Positions 12,521 through 26,253 of a DNA stretch of 64,000 bases are shown here, in pieces; the stretch's first letter is position 1, and each line of letters opens with the position of its first letter. Origin of the DNA: the human T2T-CHM13v2.0 reference genome, Homo sapiens. The position numbers and the translations under genes are program-made. The notes beneath the pieces were generated by a model that was not told the DNA's origin, searched no databases, and worked only from the letters and a program-made list of their open reading frames with translations. The DNA lies in the NCBI RefSeq assembly GCF_009914755.1, contig NC_060929.1; one strand, given 5' to 3'.

Positions 12521-13028
12521 ACTCCTTTGAAATGTTTTGAGGGCTGTTTTATATTTTAACATGCATGAGTTTATAAAAATATTGCACGTGTGCTTGAAAA
12601 CTATTTATATTCTGTAGTTATTGGGACAGTTTGTCTGTAGATTGAAAGTATCAGTGGTAATCAAATCTTCTCTATTTCTGCTGGTATTTTTTTCTCCTGA
12701 CTATCAATTTCTGAGTGTGGAATATTACAATATCTTAATGTGATTGTGAATTTTTAAATTTGTAGGTCTGTTCATTTTTGCTTTATAAATTCTTCAGTTT
12801 ATGATGTCAAGTGCATATAAGTGTAAAATCTGAAATCTTTCAGCTGAATTGAAATTCTGTAATTATGTGGGAAAGCTGTTCATTTCTAATTACATTTTAT
12901 TTTAATATTTTTTCATATTGGTATAGTTATCCCATATTTTTTCCAATTTGTATTTAAATGGTCACTCTTTTTTATACTATTTTAATTTTCCACTATTTTT
13001 CTACTTTATTAATCAGGATAAATAGTCA

Positions 13029-13173
13029 GGGCATATCTTCTTTATTCAGTCTACTGATTCAAATGCTAATCTGTTTTAGAAACACCCTTATAGACACCCC
13101 CAGAAATAATACGTTACCACCACATAGGCGTATCTTAGCCCAGTTACACTGATACATAAAATTAACCATCACA
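13029..13173 (-). mobile_element. MLT2 (ERVL) LTR 5' fragment
   Basis: CAGTCTACTGATTCAAATGCTAATCT..GATACATAAAATTAACCATCACA is the reverse of the MLT2 start TGTGATGGTTAATTTTATGT. Confidence 0.85.
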
Positions 13174-14577
13174 TTTATATTTATGTAGCCTTATATTTTA
13201 ATAATAGGTTTGATTTGGACTTTTAAATCTTATTTTGCAATTTATCATATAACTGAATATTTATTCACTTAAATTTACTGTAATGAGTAATATTTGTTTA
13301 TTTGTAATATTGTTAAACATAGTAGGCATTGTGTTTCAAATCTATATCTGACAATTATAGTTTCTAAATTATGTCCTGGTCTTTTGTGATATTTATTGTT
13401 TCTGCTGGTTTTTGTTCCATGTTTCCCTTTTTCTTTGGACTTAATTATCTTCGACTGCTTGATAGTAATTAATTGGCTTGGAAAATTATCTGTGGTATCC
13501 CTCAAGGCTAACGATGCATCCACATACTTCCAGAATGGCTTTGCCCTACTCTAGCCACAATCGTGAGGGCTGGGGGTTCCCTGATAATTCAGGCTATGTG
13601 TAATCTTGGATACAAATTCCCATGAAACCCCATGTGTGCCCACAGTTCTAAAAGACTACTCTCCATATATTTTTTCCATTTTATCCTGCCTTACTCAACA
13701 TCAAAGCAAACATTTTTTAGCATTTGTTTCAAGAGATGATAGTTGATCCCAATAGCCTAGCCTGCCAATATTGGAAGTCAGCCAGTTCTTCTTAATGTAT
13801 CAACTGTATATGAATAGTTAACAAATAAAATGCCAAGCAGATATATTTAAGGGAGGAACATGCAGAAATAAAAGTCCAGATCTGAAGCAGGATCTTGATA
13901 GTCATGATGGAATTGGTGGTGTAGGAGTGGAATAGTTCAGACTTTTTCATAAAAATAATTCAAGAAAATAGCCAAGGAAGCGTGCATTAATATTTCTGTT
14001 CCCACGGCTCACAGCAGCTCTAATATGTTACTTAATCAGCAATGAATATGATCAGAAGGGTAGCAATACCTACTAGGAATACAAACAGCTCCCTGAACCA
14101 CAGCAATGAGTACTTCAGGATGTCTCCCTTTGTACATTGGATATTGGGTGCTGGCTGGGATTTCAGGTGATGGCAGTAAGCAAACGCAGTCAAATGGTGA
14201 TAGAGAAGAAGGAATTCTCAGAGTCATGGGGTGCAAGGAAAAGCAAAACATGAAAGGCAGGTTTTAGAATAAGTGCTTTTCTTCAGATATTCTCAGAAAG
14301 AATGAAAGAATAGAAGAGTTGGGAACCAAAGTCAAGATAAATAGCAGGCACATTCTCAGTAGTTTTCATCCATTCAAGTTCGCTAAGTTCTAAGACAGTG
14401 CTATAGAGCTCTTAGTTTCGTTCTTTTCATTTTCCCCATTAGTCTTTTAATGCTTGGGCCAGGAATGAGGAGGGGGAGAGGATGTTATTAAACTTTCCAA
14501 GTTACTAATTATTTTCTTCTTTTTTGTTAATAAAACCAGAGTTTCATCAAAATTAAAAGTTATGCGTATGTATTTCG

Positions 14578-14806
14578 TGATTTCTCAACCTCAGCACTGT
14601 TGGCATTTTGGACTGGATAATTCATTACTGGGGGCTGCCCTGTGTGAGTAGAATATTTGGTACTGTCCTCTACCCACTAGACACCAAAAGCATCCTCCTC
14701 TCCTTTTCCAGCTGTGACTACCAAAAAAGTCCCCAGAGTTTCCCAAATGTCCACTGGGCTGGGGGATAGAGGAATGTGAGCAAAATACCCACCAGTTGAG
14801 AACCAA
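14578..14806 (+). mobile_element. MER20 (hAT-Charlie)
   Basis: TTTCTCAACCTCAGCACTGTTGGCATTTTGGACTGGATAATTC..CCAGTTGAGAACCA. Confidence 0.9.
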
Positions 14807-14870
14807 TCTATTCCAATATCAAATAACTGAGTTTTTGTAGGAGCATGAAGGTTGGTTTTGTCCTTGTCTC

Positions 14871-14910
14871 AAAAAAAAAAAAAAAAAAAAAAAAAGAAAG
14901 TAAAAGAAAA
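14871..14910 (+). repeat. Poly(A)25 plus A-rich tail preceded by TGTCTC
   Basis: 25 uninterrupted A at 14871-14895. Confidence 0.9.
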
Positions 14911-15204
14911 ATGAAAATCACAGGATTCCCTTTTGTGGTCAGAGAGATTGATCCAAGGAACATGTAACCTGGTCTTTTCTTTATTGTTGGATTATTGGAT
15001 TAATTGGGAGGACCTTAGTTGTATTTCCTGTAAAATGTGATCCTTCCTCAAACGCCAGGCCATGTGATTGATTCATTGATTTAACAGGAATTGACTCATG
15101 GATTAGTAAGTGAAAAACACAGTACCAGATGCTGAGCATGCCCAATAGAGCCGAACATTGCATCCAGTGGGTGTGATTTCCATAATCCTCTGTTCTAGGC
15201 AAGA

Positions 15205-15425
15205 GGTTAAGAGAATGAACTGGGAGTCATTCCATCTGGGTTGAAATCCTGGCCTTGCCACTTACTGGCTTTGTGATTGTGACATGTTACATAATTTCTC
15301 TGAGCCTTGGTTTCTTCTTTGTAAAGTGGAAATGATAATAGTTATGTATCTCACAAGAGTGTGCTAACAATTAAGTGAAGGTTTAGTGCTAGTGGCTACT
15401 ATATAAATGGCAGCAACAATATTTA
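15205..15425 (+). mobile_element. MIR SINE
   Basis: CTGGGTTGAAATCCTGGCCTTGCCACTTACT..CTCTGAGCCTTGGTTTC..TGTAAAGTGG. Confidence 0.85.
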
Positions 15426-15646
15426 GCACCTCTGCTTTTTAATCTCTTATGTCAGATGAAATTATTTGTTTTCTGTGTACTTGTAGGAACTTATGATTAA
15501 AATAGAAATGCTATGATAGTAATAATTGCTTAAATAGTATAGTAAATATAAATGTTATATAAATCATTTTTATGCTTTTATAAATTATGTTATAAATTAT
15601 ATTGCAAATATAACATTGGATGGTTTATTAAAAAATAGGTAAAATG

Positions 15647-15978
<332 letters not shown>

Positions 15979-16516
15979 TTATTCCTAGTAATTTTGTTGT
16001 AAAATTAAAATTATATCTTGAAATGAAATACTTAGGAATATTTGTAAGTGATATTGATATTAGCATTCCATGAAAATGCTTCAAGAATTTTATTTCAATT
16101 GGCTTATTTTTAAAAATATTAATGTAGCAAAGTTACATAAAAGTCCAGGCAGAGCTTCATAAATACTTTATTTTTAAGAGTAAGATTTTTGAGCTTTTTT
16201 TTTCTTCATATGCTTTTGAAATACTTATTATCTTGAACCATAAAATCAGATAGAAAAAGGTAAATGTTTCTGTGCAGAATCTTCACCTTTTAAAAATTCT
16301 CTCTAATCTGAGCAGTGTATACCACTGAATAGGGCAAAAGATGAGATAAGCACATACCCCTTGAGGCCTCATGCTAATTCTACATTCCTAATCTCCTCAA
16401 AAGGAAGCTATTTTTTTCTGCTTAAGACTTAAAAGAGACAAACATTTGCACTCTCGCTTCTGGTTTTGACTTATTCAAAAACTGACAGTTTTCAACTTAT
16501 ACAAAAAAATTTGAGA

Positions 16517-16755
16517 TATGTATATATATATGTTCATATATATGTGTGTATATATATGTTCATATATATGTGTATATATATATGTTCATATATATGTGTG
16601 TATATATATGTTCATATATGTGTGTGTATATATGTTCATATATATGTATCTATGTATTTGTGTATATACATATTAGGTTTATCTGTAATGAAATATATGT
16701 GTGTATGTGTGTGTGTGTATGTATGTATGTATGTATGTATGTATATATATATATA
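16517..16755. repeat. Compound (TA/TG/TATG)n tract containing a 26-bp tandem unit
   Basis: GTTCAT recurs at 16532, 16558, 16584, 16610 and 16634; followed by (TG)n(TATG)n(TA)n. Confidence 0.9.
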
Positions 16756-17249
16756 AATTTATCACTAATGAAACCAGAAGTTGCACAATATTGGAGTATT
16801 TCAAGAAACATTATCAAATCATCAAAGATAGCTGTGGAATCATGATGAAAGAAGATGAAAATGAATACAGAACTTACACAAAGGCAAAGTCCCTCTGAAT
16901 TAGGAAACACATTCCATAAGGACAAAACCCATAAGAAACAGGAAGAATACAAGATCCTGCCAGTACATTCTGCTGGCATAGAGTTTCAAGATGCTATTTG
17001 AGTTTCAACGACAACACAAAGATATACATTTTGCAGGAAGTAGTATATTAATATCATTGAGTAGTATATCAACGAAGGATTAGGGGGAGAAATCTTATAT
17101 TGTGCGAAGTGTACATTGCCAATATATGATGGCTAGGAAGAGGTAAATATGAAAACAGCTCACAGTACAATATGAGGACATATGATCTTCTGTTAAGCTG
17201 TAACATGGCTCTGGCATTCTTTCCTCATAAATTCCCTTTAAGCAGATGC

Positions 17250-19950
17250 TCCAAGAATTCATTTCACTAAAAGAAACCATAAGAATGACCTATAATATAA
17301 ATAAAGGTTGTCTGTATTCAGATAATATAAAACTATATGAAGAAAGCAAATGGAAAATTAATAGGAATGATTTGAAGAATACTCATTATAAAAATTTTGC
17401 AATGGGGTATGTAAAAATTGTGATGAAAAATATTTGTATTTTGAAAATCATGGCATCAATTAATAGTATAAAAGAAAAATTCCAAGTAAAGTTTAAAGAA
17501 TGAAAACAAAATATGTCCAGACAATCGAAGAAGATGAAATGTGAGCTAGCAGACCCCAAGAAATAAAGGGGGAAAAAAATCACAAAAATGCAGGCAGATT
17601 GGATATAGTGTAAAGAAAGATGCCATTCAAAACTCTAAAGTCCAAAGAGCCCAGAATTGAGGGAAGCAAACAAATGAAATGGAATAGGAAAAAAAAAGTT
17701 TCTTTTTACGATTAGAGAGAAATTTATAGATATTGATCATGGACAAAGAAATGCCAAGATTCCAGTAATTGGCGTTCTGGAAGAAGAGAGTAAAAATAAT
17801 GGGACAGAAAATAAGTATGTATATTAACTGAAAGCTTCCTAGAAATAAAAGGACTTAAATTTACAGTTTGAAAAGGTAAAATATGTATTACAAAGTATCT
17901 AGAAAGAGTAAGGTATATTGGATTTTAATGAAAAAGAGCAAATCCATTAGTCAACCAGGCAAAAAACATATTGGGGGATGGGTAGTAAGTGATCAGATAT
18001 GCCTCATACTCCTTGTGGCAGGTCTTAATTCCAGGAATCAGGAGTGCAATGTCTAAAAACCCACAAGAGTTTGTGTGACCTGATATTTTTTTGTCTACCT
18101 AAAATATCACTCAAGTATAAAGGTTATTAAAAATGTACTTAAATATGCACCAGCTCAGAGATTGTATATTTCATGAGCAGTTAGTAAAACAAAATCTCAA
18201 TGAAAAACTTAAGCCAAAGACAAAATTAATGAAGAAACCATAGCAAAAGAATTGCTGGTGAGAATTAAACCCATTTATTTCTAGATTAAGAGTAAGTAAG
18301 TGTGGATATTATGGCTATAAAATAGAATATAAATGTTGTAAACTCTAACAAGATAGAAAGTTATCTTAACAAAAGTTTACCTTGGGAGGGGATAGTGGAG
18401 AAGATAGGGATCAGAATACTGATTTTCTCAATTTTTATATAGGAGGCAATAAAGAAAATGGTAGCCAAAAATCACATTTTAAACTTCAATAATTAAAATA
18501 TGGAGATACACACATATTTAAAGGCATAAAAGTAAAAAAGAAAAAATTTATATACTAAAATTGGGTAGAAAAGAATTTGGAAAAATAGTATATCATTTAT
18601 TGTTTATATGTAAAAGTAGTAAATATTATCTTTAAAATATATTAAGAATATTATACAAGGCTATTGTAAAAGTAAGCATTAGTATAAAGATGTTAATATA
18701 AACTAAAAAGCACCAGAAAGAAAACCCTAAGAAAAAGATAAAAGTATCCATGAAAACTCAAAGCAGAACAAAATGTTCTAACATATATATCTTAGCAATA
18801 ATACTATAATTGGATCAAATTTAATCTATAAAACTATACATATATAAATATATATGTGGGTAAATATAAAATCTCAAAACAATTGCCTCAAAAGATTGAA
18901 ATTTAAACAATTGCCAAAGATATACCAGGTCAAGGAATGTAAAAAATGCAGCATTGTGATATTAATATCAAAGATGCTGACTTAAGATCTAGTCCCCCAC
19001 TGAAAAAAATCACTGAAAATAGACAAAGAAGGACATCATTCTATGAAATGGGATTTAATCCAAGTAAAGATTTGTTGCTTGTGAAGATGTACACATAAAA
19101 TACCAAAGCATCAACATTAATATAACAAAAGTTACAAGAAATACAAATAATGCTCAAAACACATAAAGATTATATCATTTTTTCATTTGCTTGCCATACT
19201 TTTTGACATAAGAAGTGGGCAAAAAAATTAGGAAGAATATGAGAGATCTAAATAACATAAGATTTAATAATATTTATGTAATTGCTATTTGTAAGACTTT
19301 ATGCCTTGAAAACTAAGAATATACTATATTTTCAAATGTCCAAATTAAAAAATAATAAAATTTGATTTTATATTAAGTCTTAAAGAAAATATGGTACACA
19401 TTCTCTGATCTCAATGTAATAAAACTAAAAATTAAAAACAAACCAGGAACAAAAACCTACCAGATGAAAATTAAGAAAATTAAAACTCTCTCAATAAATT
19501 TTTGAGTCAAAAAAGCAACTGAAGATTACATGATTATCTAGAAAATAATGGTAATGAGGATTCCACGTGAGAAATAGCATAACCATGCTCAGATGAAATC
19601 TCACAGCCCCGAGGACATACTAATACAAGAAAAAAATTAAGATGAATTCAAGTTAAAATACTAACTTAGGAAATAAACAAAATAGATACAGAGAAAGAAA
19701 AAAAAGGGAGCAATAATCATAAAGGCCAAAATTAATTAGTCAAAAACTGTAATATAGAAAAGCCATTAACCAAGCCAAAAATAAAACAAATGAGAAACCA
19801 AAATAAGATGTAGAGAAATAACACAAATGCAGGTGAAAGTAATCAAATTATTTTGTTTTAGAAAAGAAATGTTTTCTCAAATCGAAAGGGCCAAAGAACA
19901 GCAACTCAAACTTCTATAGCTTTAAAATACTAAGAACAGATCTAGTAAAG
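17250..19950 (+). mobile_element. Ancient L1ME-type element: degenerate ORF1, spacer and ORF2 endonuclease region
   Basis: Strongly A-rich sense strand; ORF2 hallmarks AGACAAAGAAGGACATCATT, CATTCTCTGATCTCAATGTAATAAAACTAAAAATT; no intact ORF. Confidence 0.75.
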
Positions 19951-20173
19951 CAGGTAAAATAAAAACATGTAATAAAATAGTTAAGACAATAAAACAGGTT
20001 TTAAAAAGTCACTTTTTTTGTCTCAGAACTTTTCTCTGCTGTAAGATGAAAATAATAATTTTATGTCATAGCCTTTATAATATTTTCACTTTTGTTGCTA
20101 TCTGCAAATTACAAAGCTAAATTTTAATTCTTTTTTGAGACTTTTTGTTTTATGCTTATGAATAAACTGAAAT

Positions 20174-20176
20174 ACA

Positions 20177-20227
<51 letters not shown>
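20174..20227. repeat. (CA)n microsatellite (~26 units, one interruption)
   Basis: Direct reading. Confidence 0.95.
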
Positions 20228-20229
<2 letters not shown>

Positions 20230-20413
20230 CAGACAGAAATGGCCCTTAATACCACCATTTTATGTCTGTGCTCTGCAAGCTCTTGTATTATGCCATTTCT
20301 AGGTCTGTTTGACTTCCCATATCCTGTCAATCACTCCTTAGCATCAATTTAAAAATAACCCTATCTCATAACTTCAGCACCAAACATATCCCTTCAGTAT
20401 TACATATTATACT

Positions 20414-20548
20414 TAGTGACCATAAGTAATTATGCTGGGACAACAGGTAAACATAAGGACCTTCCTGGTTTGCTTAGGATAGTCTACATTTACACTTGTT
20501 ATCCCAGCATAATTATTAATAGCTCCCTCCTTCCATTTTACTTTAAAA
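20414..20548 (-). mobile_element. MER94 (hAT-Blackjack) with internal inverted duplication
   Basis: TAGTGACCATA..TTCCTGGTTTGC..TTTACACTTGTTATCCCAGCATAATTATTAATAGC matches reverse MER94. Confidence 0.7.
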
Positions 20549-21095
20549 ATTACATAATCATTCCATGTACTGTGATGCTGCTTGGAACAAAACCACATGC
20601 TGATATGCGTAAAGCTGGACTTCTAGGACCTTTCAGTCATCTGTTAGGTCCTAACAGATGACTGAAATGTTTTGCCTATGTGCTACCATCCTCCACTATT
20701 CCATGCATGGCAGACATGGTTAGTCAAGCCTGGGACTTTTTCCCACTGATCCTAAATTTACTTTCAAAATCCTATTCAACATACTATTCTAAATAACTAC
20801 ATTTGGTCAAGGATGGAATGAATTTGGAAATTATTTTGTCATCCTGTGTGATATATTAAGCTTTAGTATAGTATCTTTAGTTAAATGGACTTAGAGTATT
20901 TAAATCAAATTATTTATTAAGTCAGAACACATTTTAGACTTTAGGCTTTAGGAACCTAATTTTGTTATTGACTTTTGCTTTAGAGTTTTAAAATTAGTTT
21001 TAACTTTATCAAAGAATATGCATATGCTTTAAATAAGCCTCCATATAATTCATCAAGTATATGCATGTAATTGGTCTACATTTCATAAAAAATAA

Positions 21096-21440
<345 letters not shown>

Positions 21441-21604
21441 ATGGTAACTACTTTCAATCCGTTTAGCTCACTCCATATTTCTAAATAATGTATGTATACA
21501 TTTATGTTTTCATTTTTCAATTTTAAATGTTATGAATTGATGTTCCTCCAAAAAAGATCAGTATTTCTCTTTCTATCCATTTCATCTCCCCTAACCTGCT
21601 CTAC

Positions 21605-22020
21605 CATGTTAGGTTGTTCTTGTATTACTATAAAGAAATACCTGAGGCTGGGTAATTTATACAGAAAAGAAGTTTAATTGGCTTGTGGTTTTGTAGGCTG
21701 TACAAGCATGACACTGGCATCTGCTCCTGGTGAGGACTCAGGAAGCTTCCAATCATGACAAAAGGTGAATGGAGAGCAGGCGCATCACATGGTGAGAGCA
21801 GGAACAAGAGAGCAAGGGGCAAGGTGCCACACACTTAAACAATTATCTTTCAGGTGAACTAACTGAGTGAGAACTTACCCATCACCAAGGGGAAGGTGCT
21901 AAACCATTCATGAGGGATCTGCCGACCTAATTCAATCACCTCCCACCAGGCCCCACCTCCAGCACTGGGAGTTGCATTCCAGCATGAAAGTTGGAGGGAA
22001 CAAATATCCAAACCACATCA
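21605..22020 (-). mobile_element. MSTA/MSTB MaLR solo LTR
   Basis: CTATAAAGAAATACCTGAGGCTGGGTAATTTATA..CCCACCAGGCCCCACCTCC..ATCCAAACCACATCA; TCTAC/TCTAT flanks. Confidence 0.92.
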
Positions 22021-24574
22021 TCTATCTGCATATGTGCGTGCATCACACACACACACACAGGCTTCCAATGTTCTTTTTCTCCCAATATGGTTAAGTTATA
22101 ATTTTCCTTAGTTGAATATTAAGCATTTACATTATTTGACTATGCAAATGCTATTCTCAGCTGATCTAGGTATCTTGATTAATTTTATTTTCTGGCAAAT
22201 TTTTGTTTCCCTGAAATTAATTTTTATTGTTATTTATTAGCTTAATTATCTGTGAACTCATCACAAATGCAACTGCAAATTCTTCTATCAGTTGAGTAAG
22301 TTTTCTCTTACTAAGAAAAAAGGCATCAGGTAATCTACCTGTTCCATGATCAAAGCAACTTCTCCTGGGACGTTCATGCTGGTAGTTCTCCAGGCGTCTC
22401 CTCAGCTGTGCTACTGGGTGCTTCATTCATGATTTCCTGGGGACAGATCCTTTTCGTCTCTTTTTGAATTGGAAGAGAAGTATATTTTCTACTTGCTTTA
22501 AGAGAATAACCTCATTTGGAGTAGTTTTGTTTTCCTTTTTCTTTTGATATAGCATATGCATATATCTGCAGAAACCATTCTTCTAACTTTACACTAAATT
22601 TTAGTTCAGCTAGTTTGACGATTACACTTAGGGAATCTTTTTTCTTTCAGAATTTTGAAGGCATTCTGTCTTTGTTCTATAGCTTCTCAAATGGGTGTTG
22701 AAGACTCAGATTCCATTCAGACTCTTCTTTTTTGTGAAGTCTGCTTATTCTCTCCATAAGAAGGCTTGGAACACCTTCGTTATGTTCCTGGTGTCATAAA
22801 ATTTCATGAGGATATTATTGTATATGTCTGTTGTTAATGTGGGTCCAAAATCATCCATTGTGCTGGTCACTCAGTGGACCTTTTCAGTGTCAAAACTAAA
22901 GTCCTTTAGTTCTGAAATGTTCTTGAATGTTTTGATGTCATGCCTTCCTTTCTCTGCTCTTTCTTTGTAGAATTCCAAGTATACAGATATTGGGCCTCTT
23001 ATTCTACCTTTCTTATTTTATTATCTTTTCTATTATATTTTCCATCTCTAGCTTTTTGTTCTACTACTATCACTTCTTTTGAATCTTATATTTCTGTTGT
23101 CGTAGTAACTTATATCTCCCTTATTCTATGAATATTCATCTTTTTAAAATAATTGTTTCGCAGTTTTGAAAAAGAGCCTTCCTCTTTTATAGCAGACTAT
23201 TCACTTATCTTTCTAAAAATATCAATGATGGTTTTTAATTAAAAAAATCTCTGCACAATTCTGTTTCCTTCATATTGTTTGCTTGCTTGTTGGGTTCTCT
23301 GTATTTCACCACAGAAATTTCCTAATAGCTGGTGATCCTTGACTCTGCATATTTTAATAGTAGAAAACAGAAAATGAATTTGGAACTGAGTTTTTGACTG
23401 TGATTTGTTAAATGAGTATTTAACTGAGAGTGATCTGGTTGGGCAGTTGTATTGGAGGAGACAAAATGTCAGTATTGTTATGTTTCCTCTTTTTATTGGT
23501 TAAATTGCTCAGAATAGTCGCTTCCTAATCTTCCCTATAACATAAGCATTCCAAGCATTGTGTGTAAGAAGAAAGCTAGGGCATCTAACATTTTGTGTAT
23601 TAACATTTACTTAACTTTTCTTCCTTCCACTTTTTTTAGTATTATACCACCACCCCAACTGCATGTACCTAGTATTCTGTAAAAAAAAAAAAAAATTTCT
23701 TCCCTCAGAAGAGAGTAGCTCTCCCATCTTCTGCTGGAGTAGGGAAAATTCAGCAGTAAAATGCTTCATAAGCAGCGTCCTGGTTTTGGTATCACTTTCC
23801 ACTTTCAGAAAAATATGGAGCAATGAATTTCTGAGTTTTTGCAGTTGTGAGGTAAAAATTTGGTTGCTTCTTAGATTTCCTCCATAACAGCTTAGTAATT
23901 AACTCTGTGTCACTTACCACTCATACACTTGCCTTCTAATCCCTAGAGTTAGGTCTGCTTTCTCCTTTCTTATTATCGTTATCTTTATGGTTGTAGGCCT
24001 TGAAATTCATTTATTGTCATTCTACTGGGTCTTGGGAAGGGAATAGAGATAAAAATGTGTAGTCAATCTGCCATCTTATCTGTAAATCTGTATATTGGTT
24101 TTGAAACTTCTTTTTAAGGGAAGAAATCCCTTCAAAAATACAGTTGTATAAAAGATTAAACAATAAAACAGATATAAGTAGAGCTGGTCTGTGGGGATGA
24201 GGTGTAGGCATATCCTACACCTTTCACAGGTTCATAGCTTAACAACCCCCACTCTTTTCCTTACTATCTCTGAAGGACTCCATTGTGTTGAATATAATTT
24301 ATACATTTGAAATCAACGATTTTCAAAATGAAATTTTGAATTCAAAAATGAGTTAACAGATCACCTATAATCTTAAAGAATTTAAAATTCAGTAGGACTA
24401 GTAAAATAAGCACAGACATATTTATAATATATGATAGAGTAATATCATTTCATCAAAGAGTGAAAAATAAATATGATGATTTAATTCCTGTGACTATTTG
24501 ATTAATAACAATGACTCACATATCATAAGGGTATTTTTAATAATAATGAAAAAACAGCAGCCTATAAAAATATC

Positions 24575-24750
24575 CTTTATTCCTTGGTAATATATTAGTA
24601 TATCTACATCTATATCTCTCTGTATATAATATTACATTGTAACGTATGTTGTATTACATATATATGCAATATATGCTATGTATGTTACATAGTGCCATTG
24701 CATATTTGAATCTATATGTAGACGCACTAGCATGGTACCAAGGAATAAAG
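24575..24750. repeat. 176-bp imperfect palindrome (possible ancient MITE)
   Basis: CTTTATTCCTTGGTA (24575-24589) is the exact reverse complement of 24736-24750; pairing continues imperfectly to a TATATA centre at ~24661. Confidence 0.85.
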
Positions 24751-26253
24751 AAACACAGTCAATAGACACAGGTTTCTTTTTAAGACATTAACCTTAAGTT
24801 AGTTAAACAAGACTGGAGTTAAGAAACACAACTTTTGGCTATTAGTTAGTTGGATATGTACTGACCCCAAATAATACCAGCTTAAGCAGAAAAACCATCT
24901 GATCCATTCAATACGTTATCTTCAGTTTCCTTAGGTAATAATCGACTGCATAACCACTTTCTGTACTACTTGTCCAGTAAATATCAAAGTTCTTAGACTA
25001 TTGTAGCCGTGACATCACATGTAATGAAGGGCATTGTTCAATTTCATATGATAATCTCATAATTCTTACCTAGTTATTTATACCACAGATGGCCAGATGA
25101 CTTGGTAATATATGAGAAAATAAGCTGCCTGAAGATATTAAAAATGGCTTATTTCTCACAGAGATTCATTCTACTTAACCACAAAAGAAAGCCTATTAAT
25201 TAGACTTTTGAATCCCATTAGGAAAAACAAATACCAATACTTAACTGCTCAAATATGACATGATGGAAAATTGCTAACATAATTAGATTTTTAATAGTGT
25301 TAATGACTCTTGTATCTTATTAATAAGAATTAAAACTAATGTAATATTATATGAAGAAAAATTGCCACTGTATGCTCTTCTGCAGGGAAATGTAGCACGA
25401 GTATGTCTATTTCCACATGAAGGGGTTTTAATTTTTATTCCCTTGCAGTTGTAATATAACTCACATGTTCCTCAGCATAATATATTATCCCTGACATTAT
25501 GTGACAGAAGGTCCTACAAGTACACCATTTAGGTCTGCAGTCTCATTAGATATCCCAAGTCAAGCATGATGTTGACTCTGACCATAAAACTACCCATATT
25601 AAAGGCTGAAATGTCTTTTTCTTGCCCTCTTTCTCTACCTTTTCACAAATTATCACTCCTTCAAAACCTTGTTTCAACCCTTTTTGATTTTCGCATTTAT
25701 TAGCTAAATTATATTCACTGTTTATGCCATATAATTTGTCATTTTGGCACACTCTCTCCCTCTTTAGTTATTCTATCAACATAAGCATGTTTTATTGTCC
25801 AGTGAGTATGTCTCATCAATTAGTTAATACATTAATACTCATTTAGCATCTTCATCATGTTGAAGTGTCACCAGAGGCATAATCCTTGTATTCAGAGTGG
25901 GTGTTTATTTGTTCAAATGATATGAATGTTTTAGAAAGTTTTCTTTTTTAGAAACTTGAAAGTACAATATTCATATTTCTATGAATCCCTTCAACTAGCT
26001 AAATTCCCCCTTCTAGCTGCCACAAAGATAAATGGATTCTGGTTTCCAAACCAGGAACCAAGCAGAACATCTGAGAAAATAGCCAATATTTGAGATAGAT
26101 GGCTTGCCAACTCACTTACAAACTTGCCAGATACATACAGATTATAAAAGATTCAATGGAAAGACTTACGATAAGACCGAGACTGTATTTGGTCTCTCTC
26201 TCTCTCTTTGTACTGGTATGTAACTCTATTGTGATTCTATCAGCAAGAAGACC

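Larger units (their letters stand above)
10780..13500 (-). mobile_element. Old L1M (L1ME/L1MC-type) ORF2 region, interrupted by younger L1PA and MLT2
   Basis: T-rich antisense L1 ORF2-like sequence on both sides of the 11195-12520 insert (e.g. TTGCACGTGTGCTTGAAAACTATTTATATTCTGTAGTTATTGG). Confidence 0.65.

Noticed and set aside
16517-16755. Regularly spaced units superficially like a CRISPR array
   Set aside because: No unique spacers; it is a low-complexity tandem repeat in eukaryotic DNA
24942-24953. TCGACTGCATAA resembling part of U1 snRNA
   Set aside because: Only 12 nt match; no Sm site or other U1 sequence adjacent
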